A DNA stretch of 64,000 bases, taken from assembly GCA_963815255.1 (NCBI GenBank), contig CAWFGH010000012.1:268121-332120 (forward strand), written 5' to 3'. Positions 37,892 through 47,621 of the stretch are shown piece after piece. A model generated the notes under the pieces. It was not told where the DNA came from and searched no databases. It saw only the letters and a program-made list of their open reading frames with translations. The translations under genes were made by a program, and so were the position numbers. This stretch comes from an uncultured delta proteobacterium. GTDB taxonomy: Bacteria > Desulfobacterota > Binatia > Binatales > Binataceae. The first letter of the stretch is position 1, and every line of letters begins with the position of its first letter.

Positions 37892-38764
37892 TTGCGGAAC
37901 GAGAGGACGTGCCCATCGTTGGAAAGTCTGAGGGAAAGTCCGAGCATTGGCGCCGACGTTGCGTTTAAGGGAAGTCCGCCCCGCGCGCAGGTCGGCTATC
38001 CCCGCCTGATCGAATTCTTTCTGCTCCTCGCGCTGGGAATGTTGGGATGGTTTCTCTGCTCGCCGGTGCTTCCGATACCGGCGGACAAACATCTTCGCGC
38101 GATCTCGATCGCGCTGGCGGAGATGCTGTTCCTGGTTGGACTAGGATGTCTGGCGGCGCGCCGGCCGGGCTTTGCTCCGAGCGCGCTCAGACGCCGATTC
38201 GCAGCCGTCGATGCGGCCTCAAGCCTGGCTGAATTGATTTATGCCGCGGCCGGCGCGGCGGCCGTGTCGATCCTGGGCACGCGTATCATACAGATGATCG
38301 TGGTCAAGGCGTTGTGGGCGCCTGCGCTCGCCGCCAAGGCCCCGCCCGCTATGAAGGAAGCCGGCCGCAAGGCTTTCGAGCTGTTCAAGGCCCATCCCGC
38401 GGCTATCGGCGTGGGCTTTCCGATTATCGAGGAGATCCACTTCCGCCTGTTCCTGATGACCGCGATCGTATGGCTGATAACCAAGTTGTTGCGCGCGCCC
38501 GCGGGCGGGCTTAGCGCGAGCGGATGGTGGACGGCGATCGTTATCCAGGGTTTGCTGTTCGGCGCGATCCACGCGGCCACCGGCGAGGGCACGCTTTGGT
38601 GGGAGCCGCGCGCGATGCAGATGCTGCTCGAGCCGCGCACGGTTGCCGGAATCGTACTCGGCTACGTCTATTGGCGCTGGGGCTTGGAGACGTCGATTCT
38701 CGCCCACGTGATCGCGGACATGAGCGTGCTCTGCTACCTGACGCTCTTCGCCCACGGCGCCTAG
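37892..38764 (+). CDS. CPBP (CAAX/Abi) family intramembrane metalloprotease
   Basis: PIIEEIHFR, LLFGAIH, GLETSILAH; multiple TM segments; start uncertain. Confidence 0.85.
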   Translation: MRNERTCPSLESLRESPSIGADVAFKGSPPRAQVGYPRLIEFFLLLALGMLGWFLCSPVLPIPADKHLRAISIALAEMLFLVGLGCLAARRPGFAPSALRRRFAAVDAASSLAELIYAAAGAAAVSILGTRIIQMIVVKALWAPALAAKAPPAMKEAGRKAFELFKAHPAAIGVGFPIIEEIHFRLFLMTAIVWLITKLLRAPAGGLSASGWWTAIVIQGLLFGAIHAATGEGTLWWEPRAMQMLLEPRTVAGIVLGYVYWRWGLETSILAHVIADMSVLCYLTLFAHGA

Positions 38765-38773
38765 GCCGCCGCG

Positions 38774-39139
38774 TCAGCCGGCGGCGACCGCACGTTCAAC
38801 CGCCTTCGGCGATTTCTCGATCACTCGCAGCAGGATGCGTGCGGGGCGGTCGGGAACGGCCCGGCCCTGCTCCCATTCCTGTACGGTGCGGACGCTGAAT
38901 CCGAACCGCCTGGCGAATTCCTTTTGCGAAAAGCCGAGCCCGCGCCGAATTGCCCTTACGTCAGGAAGCCGGGGACTAATGATCCGTCGCCAATCCCGGC
39001 GCGACATGTCGGGCGCCGTGTCGGCGTCTGCTGCGATCATCGCGTCGATTTCTTCGTCGGTGGTTTTGCGGATGCGCGCGAGATCGGCTCGCGCCTTGGA
39101 TTTAACAATCTCACTCAGGGAACGCCTCACGGTAGGCAT
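38774..39139 (-). CDS. Antitoxin with BrnA-like N-terminus and Cro/HigA-type HTH
   Basis: [13 protein letters not shown], then [42 protein letters not shown]; overlaps the toxin gene. Confidence 0.8.
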   Translation of the reverse strand: MPTVRRSLSEIVKSKARADLARIRKTTDEEIDAMIAADADTAPDMSRRDWRRIISPRLPDVRAIRRGLGFSQKEFARRFGFSVRTVQEWEQGRAVPDRPARILLRVIEKSPKAVERAVAAG

Positions 39140-39398
39140 CGCGTTCTCTCCTCTTCGCAGGTCGCGCGGAAATGACCCGGCGCCGGTTGCCGCGCCACGT
39201 GTACACCACGACGAAAGTTTCCGTGCCGATTTCGCCTGTTGCGATTATGCGGCTCTCGCCGTAGTTGTGGCGCCGGTCGTCCTCTTCGAGCACCGGCCGC
39301 ACGAAGATTTGGCAGGCATATTCAAAGTCGAATCCACGGTCCGCTCGGTTGCGGTTACTCTTCGCCTCATCCCATTCAAAGAGAAGCGAATGATCCAT
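39111..39398 (-). CDS. brnT: BrnT-family toxin
   Basis: [49 protein letters not shown]. Confidence 0.9.
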   Translation of the reverse strand: MDHSLLFEWDEAKSNRNRADRGFDFEYACQIFVRPVLEEDDRRHNYGESRIIATGEIGTETFVVVYTWRGNRRRVISARPAKRRERDAYREAFPE

Positions 39399-39491
39399 AG
39401 TACGGGATTCACGTACTCCTGCGCAACCCTCTCCTGTCCTCTACCGGGCTCCGCTGCCAACCACTGCGATATCTACGCCTGTCCGGTCCGC

Positions 39492-40721
39492 TCAGCGGTC
39501 GCCGCGGCCTAGCACGCCCGACTTCTCCATTTCGCTAATGCGATCCGCGGAGTAGCCGAGGCGGCCGAGAATTTCGGCGTTGTGCTCGCCCAGAAGCGGA
39601 GCCTGCAGGTCAAGCTCGGTTGGAAAATCGGAGAAGCGCAGCGGTACGCCCGGGATATCGTACTCGCCGATTATGCGGTCGCGGATTTTCCGTACCGTTC
39701 GCCGCTCGCGCAGATGCGGATGGTTCACGGCCTCCTCGACCGACAGAATCGGCGCCACCGGAATCCGATTTTCTTCGAGCTTGCGCAGGATCGTGGCGTC
39801 GTCGGGCTGCGAATCGAGCCAGGCCTGAATGATGCCGGTGATCTCGGCGAGGTTGGCCGCGCGCGCACCCACAGTTGTGAAGCGCGGGTCGGCGGCCAGT
39901 TCCGGCCGGCCCATCGTGCGGCACAGCGCGGCGAACTGATGGTCCACCGGCGCCATGATGAACAAGTAGCTCTCCGGCCCTTTGCCCTTGAAAATTCCGA
40001 TGATCGGGACGGCGGTGTGATGCGAGCCGGCGCGCTTGGGCTTCACCTTGCCGCCGCTTGCGCTATACATCTGCACGTTCAACTCATGGCAATGGAAGTA
40101 GCTATCGAGCAGCGATACATCCAGGTGTTGGCCGCGGCCGGTCTTGTCGCGATAGAGCAGCGCGCACGCGATGGCGGCGAGCGCGTGAACGCCGGTCGAG
40201 ACGTCGCCCAGCCCGAGCATCGGAAACGACGGCGGCCCGTTGGGATCGCCAATCATATAAGTCACGGCCGCGTAGCTCATCCCGATGTAATCGTAGCCCG
40301 GGCGATTGGCGAGCGGGCCGGTCTGCCCGAATCCCGAGACCGAGCACATGATGAGCCGCGGATTAATCTTGCTGACCTCTTCCCAACCAAGACCCATCCG
40401 CGCGATCGTTCCCGGGGAGTAGTTTTCGATCAGCACGTCCATCGTGGGCAGCAATTTCTTGATGACCGCGAGACCTTCGGGCTTCTTTGGGTCGAGGCAG
40501 AGGCTTTTCTTGCCGCGGTTCTGCTGCACGAAGTACGCGCTGCGGCCGTCCTTCAGAAACGGAAAGGCGCGCGAGAAATCGCCCTTGGGCGGAAACTCAA
40601 CCTTGATGATGTCGGCGCCAAGCTCGGCCATCAGCCGCGTCACGGTTGGACCGGCGAGCGCCTGGGTGAAGTCCAGAACCTTGTAACCGTCAAGAACGTG
40701 AGCCGGCTTGGATGTTGGCAT
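39492..40721 (-). CDS. CaiB/BaiF family III CoA transferase
   Basis: Own SD (AAGGA) and ATG at 40721; VLDFTQALAGP, GADIIKVE, NRGKKSLCLD, ENYSPG, SVSGFGQTGP, APLLGEHN. Confidence 0.92.
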   Translation of the reverse strand: MPTSKPAHVLDGYKVLDFTQALAGPTVTRLMAELGADIIKVEFPPKGDFSRAFPFLKDGRSAYFVQQNRGKKSLCLDPKKPEGLAVIKKLLPTMDVLIENYSPGTIARMGLGWEEVSKINPRLIMCSVSGFGQTGPLANRPGYDYIGMSYAAVTYMIGDPNGPPSFPMLGLGDVSTGVHALAAIACALLYRDKTGRGQHLDVSLLDSYFHCHELNVQMYSASGGKVKPKRAGSHHTAVPIIGIFKGKGPESYLFIMAPVDHQFAALCRTMGRPELAADPRFTTVGARAANLAEITGIIQAWLDSQPDDATILRKLEENRIPVAPILSVEEAVNHPHLRERRTVRKIRDRIIGEYDIPGVPLRFSDFPTELDLQAPLLGEHNAEILGRLGYSADRISEMEKSGVLGRGDR

Positions 40722-40828
40722 CGTCAAATATCCTTCTCTGTAATTGCTCTTTAAATTGCCGCGGCAGTTTTGACGCGAACAGCTCCCGCGCCGGGCGGAA
40801 TCGTTCGCGCGATGATCCGAAAAAATCG

Positions 40829-42293
40829 TCAATACGCCTTGGCGAAGAAGGCGCGCTCTTTCGCGACCTCGCCGCAGACGAGGCATCGGCCGGCCGCGCC
40901 GCGTCTGTCCCAGCGGAATCGCGCGGCAGGTCGCGCGCGTCTCCTCGCGAATCCGGGTCTCGCACGCGGCGCTCCCGCACCAGTAGATGTCGGCCATCCC
41001 GCCGCCGCCTTCGCCTTCCATCTGCGCGCGAAACTTCGCGTAGTCGTCGAACTCGCGGGTGTTGGCGCGCATCGTGTCGCGCGCCTGCGTGTAGAGACTT
41101 TTCTGCACGTCGTCGAGCAGCGCCCTTAGATGTGCCGCAAGGCCGTCGAGCGACGCGACGACTTTGCCTTCCTTGCCTAAGCGGTCGCGGCGCGCGAGCA
41201 CGGCGTTGCGCGCGGCGACGTCGCGCGGGCCAATCTCGATTCGCACCGGCACGCCGCGCATCTCCCAGTCGTTGAATTTGAAGCCGGGCGTCAGCCCTTC
41301 GCGATCGTCGAGCCGCACCCGCACGCCTGCCGCCTCCAGCGCGTCGCGCGCCGCGCGCGCGGCGGCGAGCACCGGTTCACCCTCCTCGGCCTTGCGCCAG
41401 ATCGGCACGACCACGGCCTGGAACGGCGCGACCGCCGGCGGCAGGCGCAATCCCTGGTCGTCGCCGTGGCTCATGATGATCGCGCCCAAAAGCCGCGTCG
41501 ACACGCCCCAACTGGTTTGATGCGGATACTGGAGCTGGTTTTGCGTGTCGAGGAAGCGAATCTCGAAGGCGCGCGCGAAGTTGTCGCCGAGATAATGCGA
41601 GGTGCCGCATTGCAGCGCCCGCCCGTCGCCCATCAGCGACTCGATCGAATAGGTCTCTTCGGCGCCCGGGAAGCGCTCGGCCGCGCTTTTGCGCCCCGTC
41701 ACCAGCGGCACCGCGAGAAAGTCCTCGACGAAGCCGCGATAGACCTCGAGCATCGTGAGCGCCTCGCGCTCGGCCTCTTCCTTGGTCGCGTGCGCGGTGT
41801 GGCCCTCCTGCCAGAGAAATTCGGTGGTGCGCAAAAACGGCCGCGTGCGCATCTCCCATCGCACCACGTTGCACCACTGGTTGATCATCAGCGGCAGGTC
41901 GCGATGCGAATGGATCCACTGCGCGAACATGTAGTTGATGATCGTCTCGGAGGTCGGGCGCACGATCAGCGGCTCTTCCAGCTCCTTGCCGCCGCCATGG
42001 GTAACCACGGCGACCTCGGGCGCGAAGCCCTCGACGTGCTGCGCCTCTTTTTGCAGGAAGCTTTGCGGGATGAAGAGCGGGAAGTAGGCGTTGCGCGCGC
42101 CGGTCTTTTTGATCCGGCGGTCGAGTTCGTCGCGCAGCGCCTCCCAGATCGCGAATCCGTCGGGGCGGAACACGATACATCCGCGCACCGGCGAATGGTC
42201 GGCGAGTTCGGCGCGCGCGATTATCTCGTTGTACCAGGCGGCGAAGTCGACGCTTCGCGGGGTGACTTTCTTTTCGTCTTGCTTGTCGGCCAT
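40829..42293 (-). CDS. proS: Prolyl-tRNA synthetase (archaeal/eukaryote type) with an apparent +1 frameshift near 40900
   Basis: WYNEII, PVRGC, RPTSET, NQWCNVVRWE, RPFLRTTEFLWQEGHT, LQCGTSHYLG, GVPVRIEIGPRD. The alternative frame supplies the canonical end GRCLVCGEVAKERAFFAKAY* (TGA 40831-40829). Confidence 0.93.
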
Positions 42294-42487
42294 GCGATGG
42301 TTTTCCAAGCGTGAAGAATACACTGCGCCGCCCGCCAAAGCATCGGCGCGCCGCGTTCATGTTCGGCACGCGTGAGCGGCCTTGCCTTTCGCCGCTGGCT
42401 CCTCAACTATTGCGCTGTGATAAGTCGGTTGGCTCGCAGCTTAGGCGGCGGTGCGCGGTCTTGGCAACAGTCTGACGCTATCCTGAT

Positions 42488-43324
42488 GTGAGGGAGGAGC
42501 AGGTGCGGATGAAAAAAATGCTTCATATCGCGAAACCCGGTGCAGGCGCGCGATGCGGCGGTAGCCGCTGCCGCGCGAGCGGTCTCCTTATGCTGTTGGC
42601 GGGTGTTGCGATCGCACTTGCAGGAATGCGGGTAGGCGCGCAGGCCGAAGAGGGGGCGATGAACCCTGCGCCGCTCCCGGCTTCGCCATCGCAAGACTCG
42701 CGCACGATCGAGGTTACCGGCAACGGCGAGGCCCACGTGGCCCCGGATGTCGCCTCGCTCAACCTCGCGATCGAGACTCATGCCGCGACCGCCCAGCAAA
42801 GCGCGGGCCAGAACGCGGCGCTCGCACAAAAGGTCGTCGACGCGCTGAACACCAAGCTCCAGAGCAAGGGCAAGGTATGGACCGGCGGCTACTCGCTTTA
42901 TCCCGAGTACAACGAGCCACGCCCCAACGAGAAGCCGGTCGTCACCGGCTACCGCGCCGAAAACTCGATCACCGTGGAGACGGGCGAGATCGGGATGCTC
43001 GGTGGCTTGATTGACACCGCGATCGAAGCCGGCGCCAACCGAATCAACTTTCTCAACTTCACGCTGCGTGACGAAAGCAAGGCCCGCAGCCAGGCGATCG
43101 CGCTGGCCGCCAAGGACGCGCAGACGCAGGCCGATTCGCTGGCCAAGTCGCTGGGCGTCAAGCTTGGGCCGGTGGTCAAGGCAACCACCATAGGAGAAAA
43201 CCAGCCGATACCCATGGCGCGGTTTGCTGCCGCGACGGTAGGCGCGATGGGCGCGCCGACGCCGGTGCAGCCCAACGAAGTCACGGTCCCCGCGACCGTT
43301 TCGATTACCTACCAGATCCAGTAG
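42488..43324 (+). CDS. SIMPL (DUF541) domain exported protein
   Basis: Hydrophobic signal, [54 protein letters not shown]; start uncertain. Confidence 0.88.
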   Translation: MREEQVRMKKMLHIAKPGAGARCGGSRCRASGLLMLLAGVAIALAGMRVGAQAEEGAMNPAPLPASPSQDSRTIEVTGNGEAHVAPDVASLNLAIETHAATAQQSAGQNAALAQKVVDALNTKLQSKGKVWTGGYSLYPEYNEPRPNEKPVVTGYRAENSITVETGEIGMLGGLIDTAIEAGANRINFLNFTLRDESKARSQAIALAAKDAQTQADSLAKSLGVKLGPVVKATTIGENQPIPMARFAAATVGAMGAPTPVQPNEVTVPATVSITYQIQ

Positions 43325-43489
43325 GCGCTCTACGACGTGTCATTAAAGATTGCCTATAGGCGATGCACCAAAGGCTAGTCGCTGCAGGGCAATTTGCCGC
43401 GTCTCGATCCACCGGCCTTAACAATATTAGCCGACATCGGGCACGCCGGGGGCGAATCATCCGCGCGCACGAGATAGTCTGCATCCCGG

Positions 43490-44224
43490 ATGTCAGTTCC
43501 AGTCGAATTGGCGGCCACCGGCAGGTCTGAGACTTCTGTCGTCGAACTCCAGCCCGGGCGTGCGGCGGCCTTGCCCGGGATACCGGCCGTCGAAGTCCGG
43601 CCCTCGGCGCTGCCGGGTCGGCCGCTGCGCACGATCGACGTCGTCGGCAGCGGCGAGTCGCGTACCACTCCCGATCGCGTGCGGCTTAATTTCATGATCG
43701 AAACCCAAGCGCTCTCCGCGCATCAGAGCGCCACGGCAAACGCCGAGCTCGTACTGAGAGTGGCGGAAGTGTTGGCGGAACGGCTTCGCGGCGGAGGCGT
43801 GTTTCGGGCCGGCATCTGCTCGCTCTATCCCGAATACGAGCATCCGCGAGGGCGCCAAAAGGCGGTCGTGACCGGCTATCGCGCCGAGAATTCGATTACC
43901 GTCGATGCCGACGCCAACGCGATCGTCGGGTTGTTGATAGACGACGCGTTCAGCGCGGGCGCGAGCCGTATCAACTATCTCGACTTCGTCCTCGCTGACG
44001 ACAGCCGGGCCCGCAGCGAAGCGATTGCTCTGGCCGCGCTCGACGCGCAGGCGCAAGCCGCGTTACTCGCGCGCTCGCTCGGCGTCAGGCTCGCGCGCGT
44101 GCTGCGAGCCGTCAGCGAGGCCCAGGTGCGACTGGCGACGGCGCAGGAGCTGGCAGTATCGCCTGCGCGGCCGCGCGAGATCACGATACCCGCGACCGTT
44201 TCGATTACCTATCAGATCGAGTAG
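43490..44224 (+). CDS. SIMPL (DUF541) paralogue lacking an evident signal peptide
   Basis: [35 protein letters not shown]; 3' DNA nearly identical to the preceding gene. Confidence 0.8.
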   Translation: MSVPVELAATGRSETSVVELQPGRAAALPGIPAVEVRPSALPGRPLRTIDVVGSGESRTTPDRVRLNFMIETQALSAHQSATANAELVLRVAEVLAERLRGGGVFRAGICSLYPEYEHPRGRQKAVVTGYRAENSITVDADANAIVGLLIDDAFSAGASRINYLDFVLADDSRARSEAIALAALDAQAQAALLARSLGVRLARVLRAVSEAQVRLATAQELAVSPARPREITIPATVSITYQIE

Positions 44225-44250
44225 CCTTACTCTCCGCACCGGGTGCGGAG

Positions 44251-44785
44251 ATGCTGAAGCCTGGAGACACTGCGCCGCCATTCGATCTTCCCTGTGCGGC
44301 CGGCGATCGCGCCGGACGGCTGCGGCTTTCTCAGATCGATTCCGAGATGGTCGTGCTGTTCTTCTATCCGCACGATTTCTCGTTTATCTGTCCGACCGAG
44401 GTCGTCGGCTTCCACAAATCCCGCGAGGCGTTTGCCGCCGAGCATACCAGCGTTGTCGCGGTCAGTGTCGATGACGTGGAGACGCATTTGCGCTGGGCGC
44501 GCGAGCTGGGCGGAATCAGCTACCCGTTGTTGGCCGACGAGGGCGGCAAGCTCGCGCGGGCCTACGGCGTGTTCGACGAGGAGCGCGGGGTTGGCGATGC
44601 GCGCGACATTTATCCTGGACTCCAAACGCATGATCGTCTATTGCGTCGCGTGCCCGGTGAACGTCGGCCGCAGCGTGAGCGAGACGCTCCGCGTGGTGCG
44701 CGCGCTTCGCTCGGGGCGGATGTGTCCGGCGGATTGGGAACCATCCGTCAATCCGGCCCCGCCTATTGGAACTACCGATTCCTAG
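44251..44785 (+). CDS. AhpC-type peroxiredoxin split by an apparent +1 frameshift near 44592
   Basis: Frame 1: FFYPHDFSFICPTE, VSVD...HLRW, YPLLAD, AYGV. Frame 2: MRATFILD...VGRSVSETLRVVRAL.SG.MCPADW. Confidence 0.85.
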
Positions 44786-44801
44786 CTCCGGCTGAGCGAG
44801 C

Positions 44802-45554
44802 GTGGCGGCCCTCGATCCAACCGAAAAGAAACGTCTCATCGAGCGTCTCTCAAGTATCCGCGAAATCGTTTTCGGGATGCAGGACGGAATTCTCACCACG
44901 GCCGGCGTGCTCGCGGGACTGAGCGGCGCCGTCGCGGTCCATCGCCAGGTGATCCTCGCCGCGCTCGCGTCAACCGCCGCAGGCGCGCTCTCGATGGGCG
45001 CCGGGGCGTACCTCGGTGCGCGGGCCGAAACCGAGGTGCTGAGCAGCGAGCTTGAACGCACGCGCGAAGAGGCCGCCGCCGAGCCTTATCTACTCCAGGA
45101 GCGTCTGCTCCACGAGCTTGAGCACGAGGGGCTGAGCCGCGAGGCCGCTTACCGGGTCGTCCAGCTTCTGAGTTCCGCGCCGCAGGCGTTGCTCTCGACC
45201 GCCGAGGTCAAGATGTACGGGCTGAGCCGCCAGGCGCTAGGCAGCGCCGCCGTCGACGGCATCACGATGGGCGTCGCGTTCCTGGTTGGCGCGGTGGTGC
45301 CGCTGCTGCCTTTCATTTTGATTCCGTCCGTTGGGCCCGGCGACCACTTCGGGCTCCTGGCCGCGATAGCGACGACGGCGCTGGCGCTGTTCGCGATCGG
45401 GTATTTCCAGGGATGGCTCGCGCAGCGCAGGCGGCGATGGCTTTCCGGGCTGCGTTTTCTGGCGGTCGCGCTCGGTGCGGCGATAGCCGGCTACCTTATC
45501 GGCCTGGCAATCGCGCCGCTGGGTGGCCCCGTGCCAATTCCGATCGCGCCATGA
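44802..45554 (+). CDS. VIT1/CCC1 family iron/manganese exporter
   Basis: IREIVFGMQDGIL, AGALSMGAGAYL, AFLVGAVVPLLPF. Confidence 0.9.
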   Translation: MAALDPTEKKRLIERLSSIREIVFGMQDGILTTAGVLAGLSGAVAVHRQVILAALASTAAGALSMGAGAYLGARAETEVLSSELERTREEAAAEPYLLQERLLHELEHEGLSREAAYRVVQLLSSAPQALLSTAEVKMYGLSRQALGSAAVDGITMGVAFLVGAVVPLLPFILIPSVGPGDHFGLLAAIATTALALFAIGYFQGWLAQRRRRWLSGLRFLAVALGAAIAGYLIGLAIAPLGGPVPIPIAP

Positions 45555-45853
45555 AGCCCGGCGCCTACGCATCGCTGACCGCATTTCTCGCCCACTGGCG
45601 GGCGCTCAAGCACGCGAGCGCGGGTGCGCTGAACGTGGACGAGCTTGCTCGCCGCGCCGAGATGGACGAGCTTGCTCGCCGCGACGAGATGGACGAAATT
45701 ATCGCGTTGCTGCGGCCCGAGGAGCGCGCGGCGCTGGAGGCGGCGAGTGCCGATGACAGGTCCGCAGGTGCCGGCGCCGCGCGACGCCATCGTGAACGCG
45801 CCGAAGTAAGGCTCGCGCGCGAACTTCGCGCCCGCGGCTTGCTCGCGGAGTAG
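45551..45853 (+). CDS. Hypothetical protein (100 aa) with internal repeat
   Basis: ATGA overlap with VIT1; contains DELARRAEM-DELARRDEM. Confidence 0.55.
   Translation: MKPGAYASLTAFLAHWRALKHASAGALNVDELARRAEMDELARRDEMDEIIALLRPEERAALEAASADDRSAGAGAARRHRERAEVRLARELRARGLLAE
45636..45696 (+). repeat. 27-bp in-frame tandem duplication
   Basis: TGGACGAGCTTGCTCGCCGCG(C/A)CGAGA twice, then TGGACGA. Confidence 0.85.
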
Positions 45854-45873
45854 AAGCCGATGCCGGTGGAAAG

Positions 45874-46803
45874 GTGATTGCGTACATCATCCGGCGAATC
45901 GTCTATGGTGCGGCGGTCCTGCTTGGCACCTCGATCATCACCTTCACCATCGCCTTCGTAATTCCGGCGGACCCCGCGGTCGCGATGGCGGGTGCGAAGG
46001 CCGATCCGCAGACCCTCGCCACCATCCGCCATCAACTCGGCCTCGACCAGCCGGTCTATCTCCAGTACGCACATTACCTCGGGCGCGCGCTGCACGGCGA
46101 CCTCGGCCGCTCCTACATCCGGCGCGCGAGCGTGACGCAACTGATCCTGAGCCGCTTTCCCGCCACCGCCATCCTGGCGCTTAGCGCGATGGCACTCTCC
46201 CTCGCGTTGGGCATTCCGATGGGGATGGTCGCGGCGGCGTGGCGCGGGCGCGCGCTCGACAATCTGCTGCTCTTCATCTCGCTCGCGCTGATCTCGGTGC
46301 CGGTCTTCTGGCTCGGCACGATGCTGCTGATCGCGGGAGGTCTTTACCTGCGCTCGTTTCCGCTGGGCGGCTTCGACGGACTTAAGAGCCTGGTGCTGCC
46401 GACTATCGCGCTCTCACTCGGCTCCGCCGGTTACTACTCGCGTATCCTGCACACCAACCTGGTCGAGGCGTTGGAGCAAGACTATATCCGCACCGCGCGC
46501 AGCAAGGGGCTCTCTGCCACGCAAGCGCTCATCCGCCACGCGATGGCGAACGCGATGCTGCCATTGGTGACGCTCGCGGGACTCGACCTGGCGGGATTGC
46601 TCTCCGGCGTGGTGCTCACCGAGACCGTTTTCAACTGGCCGGGAATCGGGCGGCTCGCGTATGAAGCGGTATTCAATCTCGACATCCCGCTCATCATGGG
46701 CACCGTGCTCTTCTCGGCCTTCCTGGTGGTCGTCGCCAATCTGGGGGTCGACCTGCTCTACGCGTGGCTCGATCCGCGAATTCGGCTGAGTGAGTCGGCA
46801 TGA
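45874..46803 (+). CDS. Opp/Dpp-type ABC transporter permease (B subunit)
   Basis: PADPA, LGLDQP...QY..Y, GDLGRS, EQDYIRTARSKGL, VLTETVFNWPGIGRL. Confidence 0.93.
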   Translation: MIAYIIRRIVYGAAVLLGTSIITFTIAFVIPADPAVAMAGAKADPQTLATIRHQLGLDQPVYLQYAHYLGRALHGDLGRSYIRRASVTQLILSRFPATAILALSAMALSLALGIPMGMVAAAWRGRALDNLLLFISLALISVPVFWLGTMLLIAGGLYLRSFPLGGFDGLKSLVLPTIALSLGSAGYYSRILHTNLVEALEQDYIRTARSKGLSATQALIRHAMANAMLPLVTLAGLDLAGLLSGVVLTETVFNWPGIGRLAYEAVFNLDIPLIMGTVLFSAFLVVVANLGVDLLYAWLDPRIRLSESA

Positions 46804-47621
46804 CGCGGCGGCTCAATGCGATGGAGCTGGTGGGCGCCGTGATGGTGGTCAGCCTGGTGCTGACCGCACTCTTCGCGCCGCGGCTCGCGCCCCACGATCC
46901 GACCCGTGCGGTCGCGCCGACTTACGGCGACCCCGGCCGGCCGTCGGCCGCATTTCCTCTCGGTACCGACGAGCTAGGGCGCGACGTGCTCTCGCGCATC
47001 ATCTGGGGCGCGCGCGTCTCGCTTATCGTCGGCGTCGCCGCGATGGTGATCACGATGACTATCGGAGTGGCGATCGGGCTCGTCGCGGGCTTCTTCGGCG
47101 GCGCGGCCGATTTCGCCCTGATGCGATTCACCGACGTGATGCTGACGTTGCCGGCGCTGCTGCTCGCGATGGCCTTCGTCGCCGTGCTCCATCCGAGCCT
47201 GCTTAATGTGCTGCTGGTGATCGGCCTCGTCTCGTGGACGCAGATCGCGCGCGTGGTGCGGGCCGAGACGTTGTCGATGGCCGAGCGCGATTTTGTGACG
47301 GCGGCGCGCGCGCTGGGCGGCTCGCCGGCGCGGCTGATCGCGTTCCATGTGCTTCCCAACGTGATGCCGATTATCGTGGTGATGGCGGTGCTCGGGACTT
47401 CCGGCACGCTGCTGCTCGATGCAGGCTTGAGCTTTCTCAGCCTCGGCGTGCCGCCGCCGACGCCGAGCTGGGGCCGTATGATCGAAGAGGCGCTAATTTA
47501 TTTTCGCACCGCGCCGTGGCTAATCGCCTTTCCGGGGCTGGCGATTTTCTACGCGGTGTTGGCATTTAACCTGCTCGGCTACGGCTACCTGCGCGCGCGC
47601 GGCGGGAGGGCCGGGCGATGA
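46800..47621 (+). CDS. Opp/Dpp-type ABC transporter permease (C subunit)
   Basis: PLGTDELGRDVLSR, FVTAARALG, HVLPN, GLSFLSLG, PSWG.MI. Confidence 0.93.
   Translation: MTRRLNAMELVGAVMVVSLVLTALFAPRLAPHDPTRAVAPTYGDPGRPSAAFPLGTDELGRDVLSRIIWGARVSLIVGVAAMVITMTIGVAIGLVAGFFGGAADFALMRFTDVMLTLPALLLAMAFVAVLHPSLLNVLLVIGLVSWTQIARVVRAETLSMAERDFVTAARALGGSPARLIAFHVLPNVMPIIVVMAVLGTSGTLLLDAGLSFLSLGVPPPTPSWGRMIEEALIYFRTAPWLIAFPGLAIFYAVLAFNLLGYGYLRARGGRAGR

Noticed and set aside
39492-42338. 948-aa ORF annotated as one gene
   Set aside because: The canonical ProRS C-terminus exists in the adjacent frame and the CoA transferase has its own SD and ATG; annotated as two genes and kept only as a finding to check.
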